Assembly (NCBI GenBank): GCA_029762535.1
Contig: JARVGK010000009.1
Coordinates: 41,759-105,758, forward strand
Length of the DNA stretch: 64,000 nt
Origin: Thermoplasmatota archaeon
Lineage (GTDB): Archaea > Thermoplasmatota > Penumbrarchaeia > Penumbrarchaeales > Penumbrarchaeaceae
Reading direction: 5' to 3'
Shown: piece after piece, positions 1 through 11,100 of the stretch
Numbering within the stretch: position 1 is the stretch's first letter
Layout of the letters: each line of letters opens with the position of its first letter
The notes under the pieces: generated by a model
Databases searched by the model: none
Told to the model about the DNA's origin: nothing
The model's input: the letters and a program-made list of their open reading frames with translations, nothing else
Made by a program: the position numbers and the translations under genes

Positions 1-877
1 TCCTGGAGTTCTCGTCCAGAAGATTCATTTCCGCCCATGCGTAATCGGCGTTGACTACGACGGAATCGGCTCTGTAGTTACGCCCTTTGGCCCTCACTCC
101 GGATGCCTTCCCGTTCTCGACCAGTATCCTTTCGGCCGGGGCATCGAAGACGAACTTCACCCCGGCGTCCTTGGCGACGTTCATGAAGGCTCTGGCCAGT
201 TCGCCGAAGCCGCCCATAGGGTACCACACCCCCAGATTGAAATCCACATGGGACATCAGCGCGTAGAGGGCTGGGGAATCATTCGGCGTCCCTCCGAGGA
301 ACACTATATTGTACTCGAGGATCTTCCTGAGGTCCTTGTCCTTGATGAAGCGTTTGGCGTACCTGTCCAGGCTCTCGAAGATGTGGAGTTTCGTCCCCTC
401 GAAGACGAGCTTCCTGTTCATGAAGTCGAATATCGTCCTGTACTCCTTGTATATGAACTGCTCCATGGCCACCTTGTACTGGTAGCTGGCGGACTCAAGG
501 TATCTCTTCAAACCGTCAGAGCCGCCCTTCTCCATGCTCTCGAAGAGTTTGTAATTGTCCTTTAGGTCCGAGAGCACGTCCATTTTCTTCCCCGAGCCGA
601 AGAACACCCGATAATGCGGATCGAGCCTCTGAAGTGTGTACAACTCCTCCGGCTTTCTTCCGAAGTGCGAGAAGAACCTCTCGAACACCTCCGGCATAAG
701 ATACCACGAGGGACCCATATCGTATAGGAAACCGTCCTTTTTCCAAACCTGGCCTCTGCCCCCGGGCTGCGAGTTCTTCTCAAGGACCGTTACATCGAAA
801 CCTTTCCTTGCAAGCAGCCCGGCCGCTGCCATCCCTCCGAAGCCCGCTCCGATCACGACGACCTCTTTACCTGCCAT
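1..877 (-). CDS. crtI: Phytoene desaturase family protein (3' part outside window)
   Basis: Not in the ORF track. Manual translation from ATG at 877: MAGKEVVVIGAGFGGMAAAGLLARKGFDVTVLEKNSQPGGR...YDMGPSWYLMPEVFERFF (FAD-binding GxGxxG and CrtI DxGPS motif). Confidence 0.9.
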   Translation of the reverse strand, partial: MAGKEVVVIGAGFGGMAAAGLLARKGFDVTVLEKNSQPGGRGQVWKKDGFLYDMGPSWYLMPEVFERFFSHFGRKPEELYTLQRLDPHYRVFFGSGKKMDVLSDLKDNYKLFESMEKGGSDGLKRYLESASYQYKVAMEQFIYKEYRTIFDFMNRKLVFEGTKLHIFESLDRYAKRFIKDKDLRKILEYNIVFLGGTPNDSPALYALMSHVDFNLGVWYPMGGFGELARAFMNVAKDAGVKFVFDAPAERILVENGKASGVRAKGRNYRADSVVVNADYAWAEMNLLDENSR

Positions 878-918
878 AATAATCCCCTTGATGCCTGGAA
901 TGTATTATCAAATAATAA

Positions 919-2400
919 TTATTTTTCTCTTTTAATGATCGAGCGGGCGGCGATCATCCCGGAGGATATGACCAGCGGCATACCCCCGCCCGGATGTGCG
1001 GATCCCCCGGCGAAATAGAGATGTTCGTAGCCCCTCGCTCTCGAACCTTGGCGCAGGAACGCCGCGTTCCTGTCGTTCGAGGACACCCCGTATATGCTGC
1101 CCTTGTTCGTTAGATAACGCTTTTGGATCCCGGACGGATCGAGGGTCCCAACGACCTCGACCTCTTTGGTAAGGTCGCATCCTAGCGCTTTCCCGACCCG
1201 CTCGATGACGGAAGAACGCGTCCTTTCCATCTCCGACCTCCAGTCCTGTCCCGAGTCCCAGGGGGCGTTCACCAACACGAACCAGTTCTCACAGCCCCGC
1301 GGAGCGTCCTCCGGGTCGACCTTGGAGGTGATGTTCACATATACCGTGGGATCGGAGGGACAGCGCCTCCTTTCGAATATGTCCTTGAACTCCCTTTCGT
1401 AGTCCGGGGAGAAGAATATGTTGTTGACGAGCAGATCGTCGAACGCCTTTCGGATCCCGATATAGAAGACGGCCCCGGACACGGAAGGCTCCATTCTCGC
1501 ATACCTTCTTGCGGTCCTGGAGGATCCATCATCGAGCAGCTTGTCGTAGGTGTGGACCACGTCTGAATTCGAGAGGACGATGTCGAATCGCTCATGTTTT
1601 GAGCCGGTGATGACGCCTCTCGCCCTGCCCCTCTCCACGAGGATACTCTCCACCTCCTCACCGAAGCGGAAATTCGCCCCCTTCTCCTCGGAGAGCCTGT
1701 GCAGCGCCTTGGGGATCGCGAAGATCCCGCCTTTGACCGCGTAGCTGCCCAGATCGTATTCGACGTGCTGTATCATGTTGAAGATCCCGGATATGCGGTA
1801 GGGATCGGACCCGTTGTAGGTGGCATACCTGTCGAAGAGCTGCACCAGCCTCTTCTCCTTGAGCCTTGCATCGTTCACCTGATGCATGGTCCTGAACAGG
1901 TCCAGCCTCCAGGAGTTCAGGACACCCCATAACGCCTTGAGGCTGAAGAGGGACCGGCCAAGGTCCTCGAAGAGGAAGAGGTCCCCCGCAAGAGAGTATA
2001 TCTCCGAGCATCTCCTCAGATATGCGCGGACCCTGTCCCCGGGCACGTCCAGCTTCTCCTGCACCTCTGCGGAGAACCTTTCCGGGTCGGCGAAAGCGTC
2101 GAGAGCGGTCCCGTCCGGGAAGAAGTATCGGGTTATCGGATCGAGCCTCACGAACTCCAGATGGTCCCCCCTACTCTCTCCGACAGAGTCGAACAGCCTG
2201 TCGATGACGAAGGGCATCGTAAGGATGGAGGGCCCGGTATCGAATCGGTAACCCCCTATTTCCAAATTGCCCGCCTTGCCCCCGGGATGGAGGTTCCTCT
2301 CGAACACCGTGACATCATAGCCGTTGTGTGTGAGGACAAGGGTGGCGGACAGACCGCCCAATCCAGTCCCTATAACTGCGACCCTCTTCAGAGGCCCCAC
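919..2400 (-). CDS. crtD: Carotenoid desaturase, CrtD-like (1-hydroxycarotenoid 3,4-desaturase family)
   Basis: RVAVIGTGLGG, YRFDTGPSILTMP, FDRYATYNGSDPY, C-terminal GGSAHPGGGMPL. Start moved to GTG at 2400, overlapping the cyclase stop. Family is clear; CrtD subtype is less certain. Confidence 0.75.
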   Translation of the reverse strand: MGPLKRVAVIGTGLGGLSATLVLTHNGYDVTVFERNLHPGGKAGNLEIGGYRFDTGPSILTMPFVIDRLFDSVGESRGDHLEFVRLDPITRYFFPDGTALDAFADPERFSAEVQEKLDVPGDRVRAYLRRCSEIYSLAGDLFLFEDLGRSLFSLKALWGVLNSWRLDLFRTMHQVNDARLKEKRLVQLFDRYATYNGSDPYRISGIFNMIQHVEYDLGSYAVKGGIFAIPKALHRLSEEKGANFRFGEEVESILVERGRARGVITGSKHERFDIVLSNSDVVHTYDKLLDDGSSRTARRYARMEPSVSGAVFYIGIRKAFDDLLVNNIFFSPDYEREFKDIFERRRCPSDPTVYVNITSKVDPEDAPRGCENWFVLVNAPWDSGQDWRSEMERTRSSVIERVGKALGCDLTKEVEVVGTLDPSGIQKRYLTNKGSIYGVSSNDRNAAFLRQGSRARGYEHLYFAGGSAHPGGGMPLVISSGMIAARSIIKREK

Positions 2401-3083
2401 CTGTCCCTGAAGCGGTGATAGACGGCAAGGTATCCTGTGAGCATGGCGATATTGTAAATGAAGTCCTCGTAAGGGATCGTTATGAATCGCCCCTGCCATG
2501 CTCCGTCATCGCCCCATATCGCCTCGTGCCAGTACCATACGATCGGGATCGAGGTCAGGATGTAATTGACCGCTATGAAGAGCCCCATGGTGATGGCGAT
2601 GAATATCAGGAAGCTGCTCGTGGAGAGCATGTTCTTGGAAAGAAGCGGAGCCCCTATTAGGACGATCCCAAGCGACACGAACGCCGACATGGTGTAGGCC
2701 TGATCCCAGAATACCGCCGCAAGGACGAAGGATAACAGGCCCAGGAGGATGTAGGGCGCGGGATGGAAGGGGATCCTCTTTGAGGGGATATATGCCACTA
2801 TGCACTCGTAGGTGAATATGCAGGCGTACGGGACCGTCACGAAGAACAGCGCCTCCTCCAGGGGGATCGAGAGAATATGTATCCCCAGGATGTAATCCTC
2901 GCTGAAGCCCCAGTGCCCCTCCTTGGTCATGATCATATCCCACAGCACAAAGGGGATCCCCACCGCTATATAGGCGAAGGGCAGCGCCTTCCACTTCTTG
3001 TAGAATGCCACCTTCTTGTCGAAGGAGAGCAGGAACGGGAAGAGTATTACGAGGAAATTGATCAGAAGGTAGAGATAGTTCAT
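2388..3083 (-). CDS. crtY: Lycopene cyclase, fused two-domain membrane (CrtYcd) type
   Basis: Start MNYLYLLINF at 3083 (ATGA overlap with photolyase stop); multi-TM; two repeats of the IP(L/Y)E(E/D)xxF/Y motif. Confidence 0.85.
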   Translation of the reverse strand: MNYLYLLINFLVILFPFLLSFDKKVAFYKKWKALPFAYIAVGIPFVLWDMIMTKEGHWGFSEDYILGIHILSIPLEEALFFVTVPYACIFTYECIVAYIPSKRIPFHPAPYILLGLLSFVLAAVFWDQAYTMSAFVSLGIVLIGAPLLSKNMLSTSSFLIFIAITMGLFIAVNYILTSIPIVWYWHEAIWGDDGAWQGRFITIPYEDFIYNIAMLTGYLAVYHRFRDRWGL

Positions 3084-4441
3084 TTGTTGCCCCCTGACAC
3101 CCTTGATATATATGCTTCCATATCGAACTTTCGCCTCAGACCCTTGTCGTTCATGTATCGGACCTTGCCGAAGATCGGCCTTTCGGACCATGGGTGATCG
3201 TGCTTCCCGAAGCACCAGGCGACCCCGGTGTAGCCGTTGGGATCCCTTCCGTCGAGGAAATATCTGTTGTTGAGGATGAGCGCCGTTCGGTGCGCCTCCT
3301 GCGGGGTGGGGGTCCATTCGAGTATCTTCTTGGCCCAGTACATCCTCATGTATCCGTGCATCTTCCCTGTCCGGACCATCTCCGTCTGGGCGGCGTTCCA
3401 GTAGGGATCGTGGGTGTTGGCCCTTTCCAGTTCGCAGATGGAGTAGAGGTATTCCCTCATGTCAACAGCGTGTTCCTCGAGCGAATCTTTTGCCCATTGC
3501 GGGATGGAAGAGTAGCTGTCGTATCCGTCGTTGTAATGGGCGAAGTTGAGGGAGAGTTCCCGGCGAACTATCAACTGCTCCAGGAACCGCTCCGAACCCT
3601 CTCCGCCGCGGTCCATCGCCCTCAGTGCGATGTAAAGAGGGGAGATCTGGCCGAAGTGGAGGTAGGGGCCAAGGCCCGACTGAACGTCAAGGGCGGGATC
3701 GTTCGAGAGATCCCCGTATCGGTCGATATTGAGATCCAGGAACCGCTCAAGCCTCTTCATGGCCTCCTGCGTTCCGCCCCTGATACCCTCCACCGGGGCG
3801 ACCGAATCATCGGCGCCCTTCAGGAGTTCGGGGTCCGACGGGTCCAAAGTATCAGCATTAATCCGTTTTAATTTGTTCTTCAACCTCCTCTCTTCGAGGG
3901 GGATCAGGTATTCGTAGAGCTTTTTATGAATACGTGGGCGGATCGTGTAGGCTGCGTGCTGTTCGGAGTCGGAGGCCGCCTCCACAGGGACGACGGCGTC
4001 GGATTCGACCTGGACCACCTTCAGTTCGGCCTTGCGCGCAAGGGATCGCCTCCATTCCCTCTGCATCCTGAGATAGCCCATGTCGCATACGATCATGGAG
4101 GCGTCGCTCGAGAGCTCGAGGGCGACATCCGGGGGGGATCCTCTCCGGATGATGAGGGGGATCCCCCGCTTTTTAAGAGAGGACCTGACCGCTTCAAGGC
4201 CTTCGACCATGAATTTGAGATGTCTCAGATTCGCCTCGGGGAAATCCACCATCAGCCCGAAGCAGACGACCAGGGGCAGGTTCGAACGGTTCGCCTCGAT
4301 CGCGGAATATTCCAGGGCATGGTTCCAGTGCGCTCTCTGCGAGGCCTGCATCCAGTAGAGGACATGATCGCCCTCTCTTTCGGGACGATCGTTGAGAGCC
4401 CTTATCCTGCCTTCGGGTATCATGTCATTTTTCTTCATCAT
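3080..4441 (-). CDS. phrB: Class II CPD DNA photolyase
   Basis: VLYWMQASQR, MHGYMRMYWAKKILEWT, DGRDPNGY..VAWCFGKHD; start trimmed to MMKKNDM. Confidence 0.95.
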   Translation of the reverse strand: MMKKNDMIPEGRIRALNDRPEREGDHVLYWMQASQRAHWNHALEYSAIEANRSNLPLVVCFGLMVDFPEANLRHLKFMVEGLEAVRSSLKKRGIPLIIRRGSPPDVALELSSDASMIVCDMGYLRMQREWRRSLARKAELKVVQVESDAVVPVEAASDSEQHAAYTIRPRIHKKLYEYLIPLEERRLKNKLKRINADTLDPSDPELLKGADDSVAPVEGIRGGTQEAMKRLERFLDLNIDRYGDLSNDPALDVQSGLGPYLHFGQISPLYIALRAMDRGGEGSERFLEQLIVRRELSLNFAHYNDGYDSYSSIPQWAKDSLEEHAVDMREYLYSICELERANTHDPYWNAAQTEMVRTGKMHGYMRMYWAKKILEWTPTPQEAHRTALILNNRYFLDGRDPNGYTGVAWCFGKHDHPWSERPIFGKVRYMNDKGLRRKFDMEAYISRVSGGNK

Positions 4442-4529
4442 CCGATGGGAGGGACCCCTCTGCTTGGTAATAATACTTGTCCGGGACCCTCTTCCGGAAC
4501 AGTTATCTTCATGCGGGAGGATTTCGGGG

Positions 4530-5285
4530 ATGATGAGCTTCAAGCTGAGGCATCCCAGGGAGCGATCCGATCTGTTCATCGCCGTCATTGCTGCGGGGGT
4601 GATGTTCCTCATGCTCAGCGCTCTGACATGGGGCGTATGCTGTCTATGGGGCGGCATCGGGCTTCTTTTCGTCGCGTTCATGGTCGCTGTCGAGAACTCC
4701 CATCTCAGGAACACCGCCAGGCCCTTGGAGGAGGATCCCGTTCTCGATCGGATGCTGAAGGAGGCGTCCGGGAAGCTGGGGATCGATCCCCCGAAAGCCT
4801 ACATATCAGGATCGAAAGAGGTGAACGCCTATACCCGGGGTGTGATCTCGCCCGTGCTCGTTCTGAACCGGGGCTTGATAGACACCATGGACGAGGGCGA
4901 GATATCGTTCGTGATGGGACATGAGCTTGGGCATATAAAGCTGCGGCATTTCGCCATAAGGACGATCCTTGATGCCCGGGTCAGGGTCCCGATCCTGGTC
5001 TATCTTCCGCTTCTGCTGTTCCGAATGCTCTTCCTTCGCGGAAGGCTCTCGAGATCGATGGAGTACTCCGCCGACAGGGCGGGGTTAGCTGCCTGCGGCA
5101 GCCTCGAGAAGGCGATATCGACGATGATCAAGCTCGGGACCGGGAGATCCGTGACCCCGGACCAGGTCCGGGGTGCGATCGACGGTAGCTTTCGGATCGA
5201 CGGGGAGAAGGGGATCGTGGGAAGGCTCCTGTCGTCGCATCCCGATCTCGACGATAGGGTGCGGGAGCTGGTGAGATCCCCTTAG
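4530..5285 (+). CDS. M48 family (HtpX-like) membrane metalloprotease
   Basis: N-terminal TM helices, VNAY, HELGH zinc motif, EYSAD, SHP near C-terminus. Confidence 0.9.
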   Translation: MMSFKLRHPRERSDLFIAVIAAGVMFLMLSALTWGVCCLWGGIGLLFVAFMVAVENSHLRNTARPLEEDPVLDRMLKEASGKLGIDPPKAYISGSKEVNAYTRGVISPVLVLNRGLIDTMDEGEISFVMGHELGHIKLRHFAIRTILDARVRVPILVYLPLLLFRMLFLRGRLSRSMEYSADRAGLAACGSLEKAISTMIKLGTGRSVTPDQVRGAIDGSFRIDGEKGIVGRLLSSHPDLDDRVRELVRSP

Positions 5286-5316
5286 GAGGGGGATCCCCAC
5301 GTCGGATCCGAATGAG
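5234..5316 (+). repeat. Direct repeat copy A (M48 3' end plus GGAGGGGGATCCCC..GGATCCGAATGAG)
   Basis: 83 bp matching 12600-12682 with 4 mismatches by eye; ends exactly at the stop codon of the AbiEii-like gene. Confidence 0.95.
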
Positions 5317-6165
5317 TCACAATCCGTCCATGAATTCTTTCATCGTGATATATACTTGGGCAATGGCCCTTTCCCTAGCGATCGTATCGAAAGGTTCGAT
5401 GAAGTTCCCCACCCAATTCGTACCTGCCGCTCTCATGGACCCGAACCTCTTCCGGATCATATCGACGCTGTCCCTCACCATGGGATCCGTCAAATGTCCT
5501 CTTACAAGCCCTGCCACAGCTTTTGGACTATCCATGCAATCCGCTACCACCGTATAGATGTCGTAAGCATCCTTTTCCTTGTATCGCTCTCCAAGCAGAC
5601 GGCCCTTCATCCCAAGGCAGCCGGTGATATCCAGCATCCTGATCTCCGTCTCTATCTCACCATCGCCGGGAAGGATTCCCTCGATGTTCTTGAAATAATT
5701 ATACTTGAAGGCAAGGGCACATTCCGGTATCATCCTGGCCCGCAGGTCCCTGTCGACGACCCTCGTTCTATGCCCTTCTCTGTCGGGATCCATGGTGGTC
5801 AGAAAATCGACCTGTATCTCGTATTCTTTTTCTCCTGAGGTAAGATCTCTGATGAAGCTCGACGGGATCGGTTCTCCGGTCCTGCCCCTCTTCATCCTGT
5901 ATCCCCTCGACTCGATGATGTCCACGATGTTATGATACAGGTCTGGATCGCTGCCCGGTTCCACTGCCAGGTCGATGTCGATGGATCCGACATGTTTTAT
6001 GGTACCCCTGCCATGGTCCTCTAAAAGGAAGTATGGGGCCCAGCCACCAACGAGAACGATCCTGTCCCTGAAGGAACGCAAGGAGAGAGATAGTTCGACC
6101 AGAGCGGACATCGACGCGTTAACCAATTCCAATTCATAATGCGAAGATGTCCTCATCATGTTCAA
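5317..6165 (-). CDS. AbiEii-like nucleotidyltransferase toxin (type IV TA)
   Basis: LVGGWA...GSIDIDL NTase motif and KEKDAYDIY; overlaps the stop of the upstream AbiEi-like gene. Confidence 0.8.
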   Translation of the reverse strand: MNMMRTSSHYELELVNASMSALVELSLSLRSFRDRIVLVGGWAPYFLLEDHGRGTIKHVGSIDIDLAVEPGSDPDLYHNIVDIIESRGYRMKRGRTGEPIPSSFIRDLTSGEKEYEIQVDFLTTMDPDREGHRTRVVDRDLRARMIPECALAFKYNYFKNIEGILPGDGEIETEIRMLDITGCLGMKGRLLGERYKEKDAYDIYTVVADCMDSPKAVAGLVRGHLTDPMVRDSVDMIRKRFGSMRAAGTNWVGNFIEPFDTIARERAIAQVYITMKEFMDGL

Positions 6166-7175
6166 TACCTCAGGAATCTTTCCCTGACCGCTTTCGATTG
6201 TTCCCGGCCTCTCATCGGGTACTGGTATAGGTCCATATATAATTGGACGTATGAGACGACCGATATCCCTTCGATCGATACTGTGTCGTAAAGTGCTCCC
6301 TCATCATAAGGTATGATCAGATTCACGTTTCCCCCGAATTCCACTTTTTGCATCTCCAGTACCTTTATGAGTTTTTCAGGATAGTAGGTGTATATATTGA
6401 AATCGCTCGATCTGACCATGGGAGCCACAAGGGCCGCAGCGCATCCCAATGTCAAGGCGTAATCCGTTTCCGGGATCCCCTTTAACCTATCGTAGATATC
6501 CTGAACATCTGTGATCGGGCAGAAGTAACCGATCACATTCTCACTTTCGATCCTGTAGATACTCGACCATGCATCGAGGAGTTCGGCCGGTCTGACAAGA
6601 CGTATGGACGATCTGCTCGCCTCTACGTATCCTTCCTCGGCAAGTCGCCCGATCTCGTTCGAAGCCAACCCCAAGCTCACGTTCGCCTCTTTTGAAATAT
6701 CCTCCAATCTCCAGGTCCTATCAGGGTCCGATAGCAGTTTCCTTACGATCCTGGATGCCTTCCTTGAGAAGATGTTCTTCAGAGTCCTTCTCCGTATTCT
6801 CCGGCAACTATCCGTCCTCTTATCTATAATAACGTTCTCGAATGAAATGAAAGCGTTCCCGTACATGTCCATATAGCCGAATCCCGCTTCCTTGATCATT
6901 TTGGATGCCATCTCGCTGATCATTGGGGCGACGATCACGGCATGGTCGTAGTTATCCGTTCCGGTGTTCGTGAGGTCGAAGAGCATTGATTTTATTCTTT
7001 GAAGTTGTGATGTCTTAATGATCTTCAACAGTATCCTTTTTTCAAGGTCCGCTATCTTCAGTACCAACTCAGCGTCGGCACTCCTGCCGCCGATGAGGGC
7101 GAATGATGCGATCCGGATGTTGGATATCCCTTTGAATAGATCGTCCAACCGCTTAATGACATCTTCGTTTCTCAT
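6162..7175 (-). CDS. AbiEi-like antitoxin / wHTH transcriptional regulator
   Basis: FSRKASRIVRKLL..wHTH..PAELLDAW; C-terminal VSYVQLYMDL..RGREQ; paired with the NTase. Confidence 0.8.
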   Translation of the reverse strand: MRNEDVIKRLDDLFKGISNIRIASFALIGGRSADAELVLKIADLEKRILLKIIKTSQLQRIKSMLFDLTNTGTDNYDHAVIVAPMISEMASKMIKEAGFGYMDMYGNAFISFENVIIDKRTDSCRRIRRRTLKNIFSRKASRIVRKLLSDPDRTWRLEDISKEANVSLGLASNEIGRLAEEGYVEASRSSIRLVRPAELLDAWSSIYRIESENVIGYFCPITDVQDIYDRLKGIPETDYALTLGCAAALVAPMVRSSDFNIYTYYPEKLIKVLEMQKVEFGGNVNLIIPYDEGALYDTVSIEGISVVSYVQLYMDLYQYPMRGREQSKAVRERFLRY

Positions 7176-7177
7176 TT

Positions 7178-7195
7178 TTTCAACAGTTGTTGAAA
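7178..7195. promoter_or_regulatory. Palindromic operator TTTCAACA-GT-TGTTGAAA (copy 1)
   Basis: Perfect 8-bp inverted repeat 3 bp from the AbiEi start; identical copies at 7293-7310 and 12724-12741. Confidence 0.7.
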
Positions 7196-7236
7196 TTGCT
7201 TCCTATTATTAAAACTATCCATATCAAGTGGATATA

Positions 7237-7258
7237 CCGGGTCCGAATGAGATCCCGG
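7237..7258 (+). repeat. Partial direct repeat copy B (CCGGGTCCGAATGAGATCCCGG)
   Basis: 21/22 match to 13941-13962; 7237-7310 also resembles 12668-12741. Confidence 0.85.
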
Positions 7259-7292
7259 GACAATGGTAATGATCCCTTCGGGATCCGTGTTA

Positions 7293-7310
7293 TTTCAACA
7301 GTTGTTGAAA
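7293..7310. promoter_or_regulatory. Palindromic operator TTTCAACA-GT-TGTTGAAA (copy 2)
   Basis: Identical to 7178-7195, 115 bp away. Confidence 0.7.
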
Positions 7311-7442
7311 ATGGCCAATTCAAATATGGCCATCCAAGATACTGATGGATTTCTTCTTGGTCCGCCGGGAATGAAGGTACGTTCAAACAATGCTTCGAAT
7401 ATCTTTTAATATGTGTAAACACATGTAATACTAGGTAATGAC

Positions 7443-7670
7443 ATGGCCAATATGACGATCACCATTCCGAAGGAAATGAAGAACGACCTTGACCTTTTTC
7501 CCGAGATCAACTGGTCCGAGGTCGCCAGACAGGCATTCAGGGAAAAGATCGAGGATCTGAAATTCCTGTTGGAATACAAGAAGAACAGCAGGATGACCGA
7601 AGAGGATGCCTTGAGGCTTGGCAAAGAGGTCAACAGATCGCTTCATAAGCGTTATTCGGAGATGCGGTGA
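7443..7670 (+). CDS. RHH/CopG-type antitoxin (VapB-like)
   Basis: MANMTITIP..INWSEVARQA ribbon-helix-helix pattern; 4-bp overlap with the PIN gene. Confidence 0.8.
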   Translation: MANMTITIPKEMKNDLDLFPEINWSEVARQAFREKIEDLKFLLEYKKNSRMTEEDALRLGKEVNRSLHKRYSEMR

Positions 7671-8101
7671 TGGACCTTGTATTGGATGCGAATGTCCTGT
7701 TCGCGGCCCTGATAAAGGATAATGTCACCGCCGAACTCATGTTCAAGGATACGATCCATCTATTCGCACCTGAATATCTCCTCGATGAATTTGCCGAGCA
7801 TAAGGAGGAGATCATCGATAAAACAGATAGGAAAAGAGAGGATTTCGACAGGTTCATCGAGATCCTTAAAAAAAGAATAACCTTTCACCCATACGATGAT
7901 TTCAGTAAATGCCTGGACACGGCATTGAGGATCACTCCGGATCCCGATGATGCCGAATATATCGCCCTGGCATTGAGCATCAAAGCGGATATCTGGTCGA
8001 ATGACAGATCTCTTAAAATTATCAAGGAACTTAAAGTCTATTCCACTCGGGATATCATCAACATCTTACATGAGTTCGATAAGGGGGGAAATGATCATTG
8101 A
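7667..8101 (+). CDS. vapC: PIN-domain toxin (VapC-like)
   Basis: LVLDANVL, DPDDAEYIALAL, IWSND PIN acidic motifs. Confidence 0.9.
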   Translation: MMDLVLDANVLFAALIKDNVTAELMFKDTIHLFAPEYLLDEFAEHKEEIIDKTDRKREDFDRFIEILKKRITFHPYDDFSKCLDTALRITPDPDDAEYIALALSIKADIWSNDRSLKIIKELKVYSTRDIINILHEFDKGGNDH

Positions 8102-8157
8102 CCCGTTCATCACAAGGGACGGCAACGTTTTTATGAGGGCTCTACATTGATTTCGTT

Positions 8158-11100
8158 ATGGGACAGGCGAGGTCATTGCATGTGGGGATCGTTCTCCTAC
8201 TTGTCATGAACATGCCTGTATTCGGATCGGGGGATCCCGATCCCGAAATCACCCGGGAGATCCCCCTACCGATCCCTGGAGACATCTCATCCGCTTTACA
8301 CTCTTTAGCATCGGATCCCTTCATCGAGAACGGGGGCCAATGGGATCCCGAGATACTCTTTGTTACATCGACCGATGTGGGTAAAGTTGCTCTATGCAGA
8401 GGGGGGATCATCCAACGTGTCATGATTCAAGAGAGGTCTCGACCCTCTCCCCAGCTCGACCGACCTCGAAGCACTGTGGCAGATTCGTGCGATATTGGGA
8501 TCATGTTCGAGGGAGGATCCCCTTCCTTTGTAGTGGGGGAGGGCCGTGTAGATACCATTTACAATTATTATCTGGGCAATGACTCGTCAAGGTGGGCTAC
8601 GGATTTGAATGGATACCGAAGCGTCCTCTATGCTGAGGTTTGGCCTGGTATTGACATTGTCTATCATCAAAGGGGAGGTCGGCTCAAGTATGACATAATT
8701 CTCTCCCCCGGAGCTGATCCCGACGAGGTAAAGTTGAAAATCGATGGAGCGAGATCGGTCCATATCTCAGAAGGATCATTGGTCATCTCTACACCGATTG
8801 GGGTGGACCTGATCGATTCGGAACCGATCGCAAATTACGATTCCGGAGAAAGCGTGGGGGTGGCTCTATCCCTCGATGAGAACGTTTACAGTTTCAATCT
8901 CGCTCCCTACGATTATTCCCGATCCGTCGTGATCGATCCGGAATATAACGTGAATGCACTGAACTTCTCAACATATATTGGAGGGCGACAAGATGATCAA
9001 CCTACGAGGATGGATACGGATCGATCAGGGGACATATACATCGTAGGTGATACTGGTTCTCAAGATTTTCCGCTCAAATATGCTTATCAAAATAGTCTCT
9101 TTGGAATTGATGCTTTTATTTTAAAATTGGATAAAGATGGACCGGGAATCAAGTATTCCACCTTTATCGGCGGTTCGAGTTACGATATTGCAACCGATAT
9201 AAAAATAGATTCAAGCGGATGCGCGTTCATCACAGGGAAGACGGGTTCTAAAGATTTCCCGGTAACAGCTGGGGCTTACGATAATACTCTTGATTATTAT
9301 GATCTATTCATCTTGAAATTGAACAATATCGGAAACGGACTATTATATTCGACTTACCTGGGTGGATCAGGGGTTGAAGGCTATGGTGCGCGTCCGATCC
9401 TTTATTTGGATGAAGGAGATAGGATTTACATTGCATCAAATACGAATTCTGACAATTTTCCCGTAACATCCGATGCCTTTCAAGCATCCTTGTCAAGTCC
9501 GTTGCAACATGATATGATAATCGTGAAGATGGATCTGTCATCTATGACCTTGCTCTATTCCACCTATCTTGGGGGAACGGACATGGATTATCCATCTTCC
9601 ATTGTCGTTGCCAACGGTTACGCGTATATCGGGGGAACGACCTATTCAAATGATTTCAATGTAACGAGCGGCGCTTATCTGACGAGCAACAGCGGAGGTT
9701 CGACGGGTTTCATCCTGAAGTTCGATATGAAGCAGAGATCGCTCGTTTACTGCACTTATTTTGGGGGATCCGGCGATGATAAATTGAACGACATTGCAGT
9801 CGATGTCCAAGGCAATGTGTATGCATGCGGTAACACCGGATCGATCGATTTACCGGTCCCTTTTACTGCGCTCGGCACCACACTGAATGGGACCAGCGAC
9901 GGTTTTGTGATGTGCTTGGATCCCAAAGGTAGTGCCCTTTTGTTCTCCTCTTTCATCGGAGGTAGCGGGGAAGAAGTGTTGAACGCTCTTTTCGTGGACC
10001 CCGATTCAAATATCCATCTGATAGGCTATGAGAAGGATCCGGATGAAGACGGATTCGATTTCCCCACGATGGCAGGTGTGGTCCAGGAACAGGCAAGAGG
10101 GGGCGAAGAAGAGGTTGTTTATGTCAAGCTTGACAGCAATGCGAGCCATTATCTTTATTCCACGTTCCTCGGTGGAAATGGCGATGATAAGGGATTGGAC
10201 ATATTCGTTGATCCCTCAAGCGGAGAACCTGTCATACTTGGATATACTTCATCAAGCAACTTCCCCGTCAAACCAGGGTCATTCGATACATCTTACACTT
10301 TTTATGAAATCTTTGTAACGAAGTTCGTCCTGACCTTTCCTCCGTCCAAGCCCCGGAATTTGGAGTCCAGGTCGGGGGATTCATTTGTCGAACTGAGATG
10401 GGATCCCCCTTCCGACGACGGAGGGGCACCGATCATAAAATATTCAGTGTGGAGGGGATCACAGGGCGGGAACCTTAGCATGAGATTGGATAATGTCACG
10501 TGTCTCACCTATAACGACACGAGTGTGGAGAACGGGCATGTCTATTATTACGGCGTGAGGGCTCTGAACCGAGCGTGGGAGGGTCCGTTTTCGGACGAGG
10601 TTTCATCCTATCCCGTGTCGATTCCGACATCTCCCCGCAACCTCAGGGTCACTTCTTGGGGAGACGAGGTCCTTGAACTATCATGGATGTATCCGAATTA
10701 TACCGGAGGGGAGGGCATCCCCATCCGTGGTTACAATCTCTACAGGATCGCCGCAGGCGAGCCCGAGCCACTGAAGATATCGATCGATGGTTCATTGCTG
10801 CACTATTCCGATGAGAATGTAATGAACGGTGTGAACTACAGTTACCGTGCTACCGCCTTTAACGATCACGGTGAATCCCCTCCGAGCGATCCCGTGCATG
10901 CCGTTCCCATGACGATCCCGACGGGCGTGACTGATCCGTATGTCTTGTGCGGTAGTCGATTCGCACACCTGTTCTGGGGTCCGCCCGATGACGACGGTGG
11001 GAGCCCGATACTGGATTACATGATCTTGAGGGAAGAGGGGCTCGATAAGAAGCTCATAACGCTGGATGGTAACCATACGGAATACAACGATACGTCCCTC

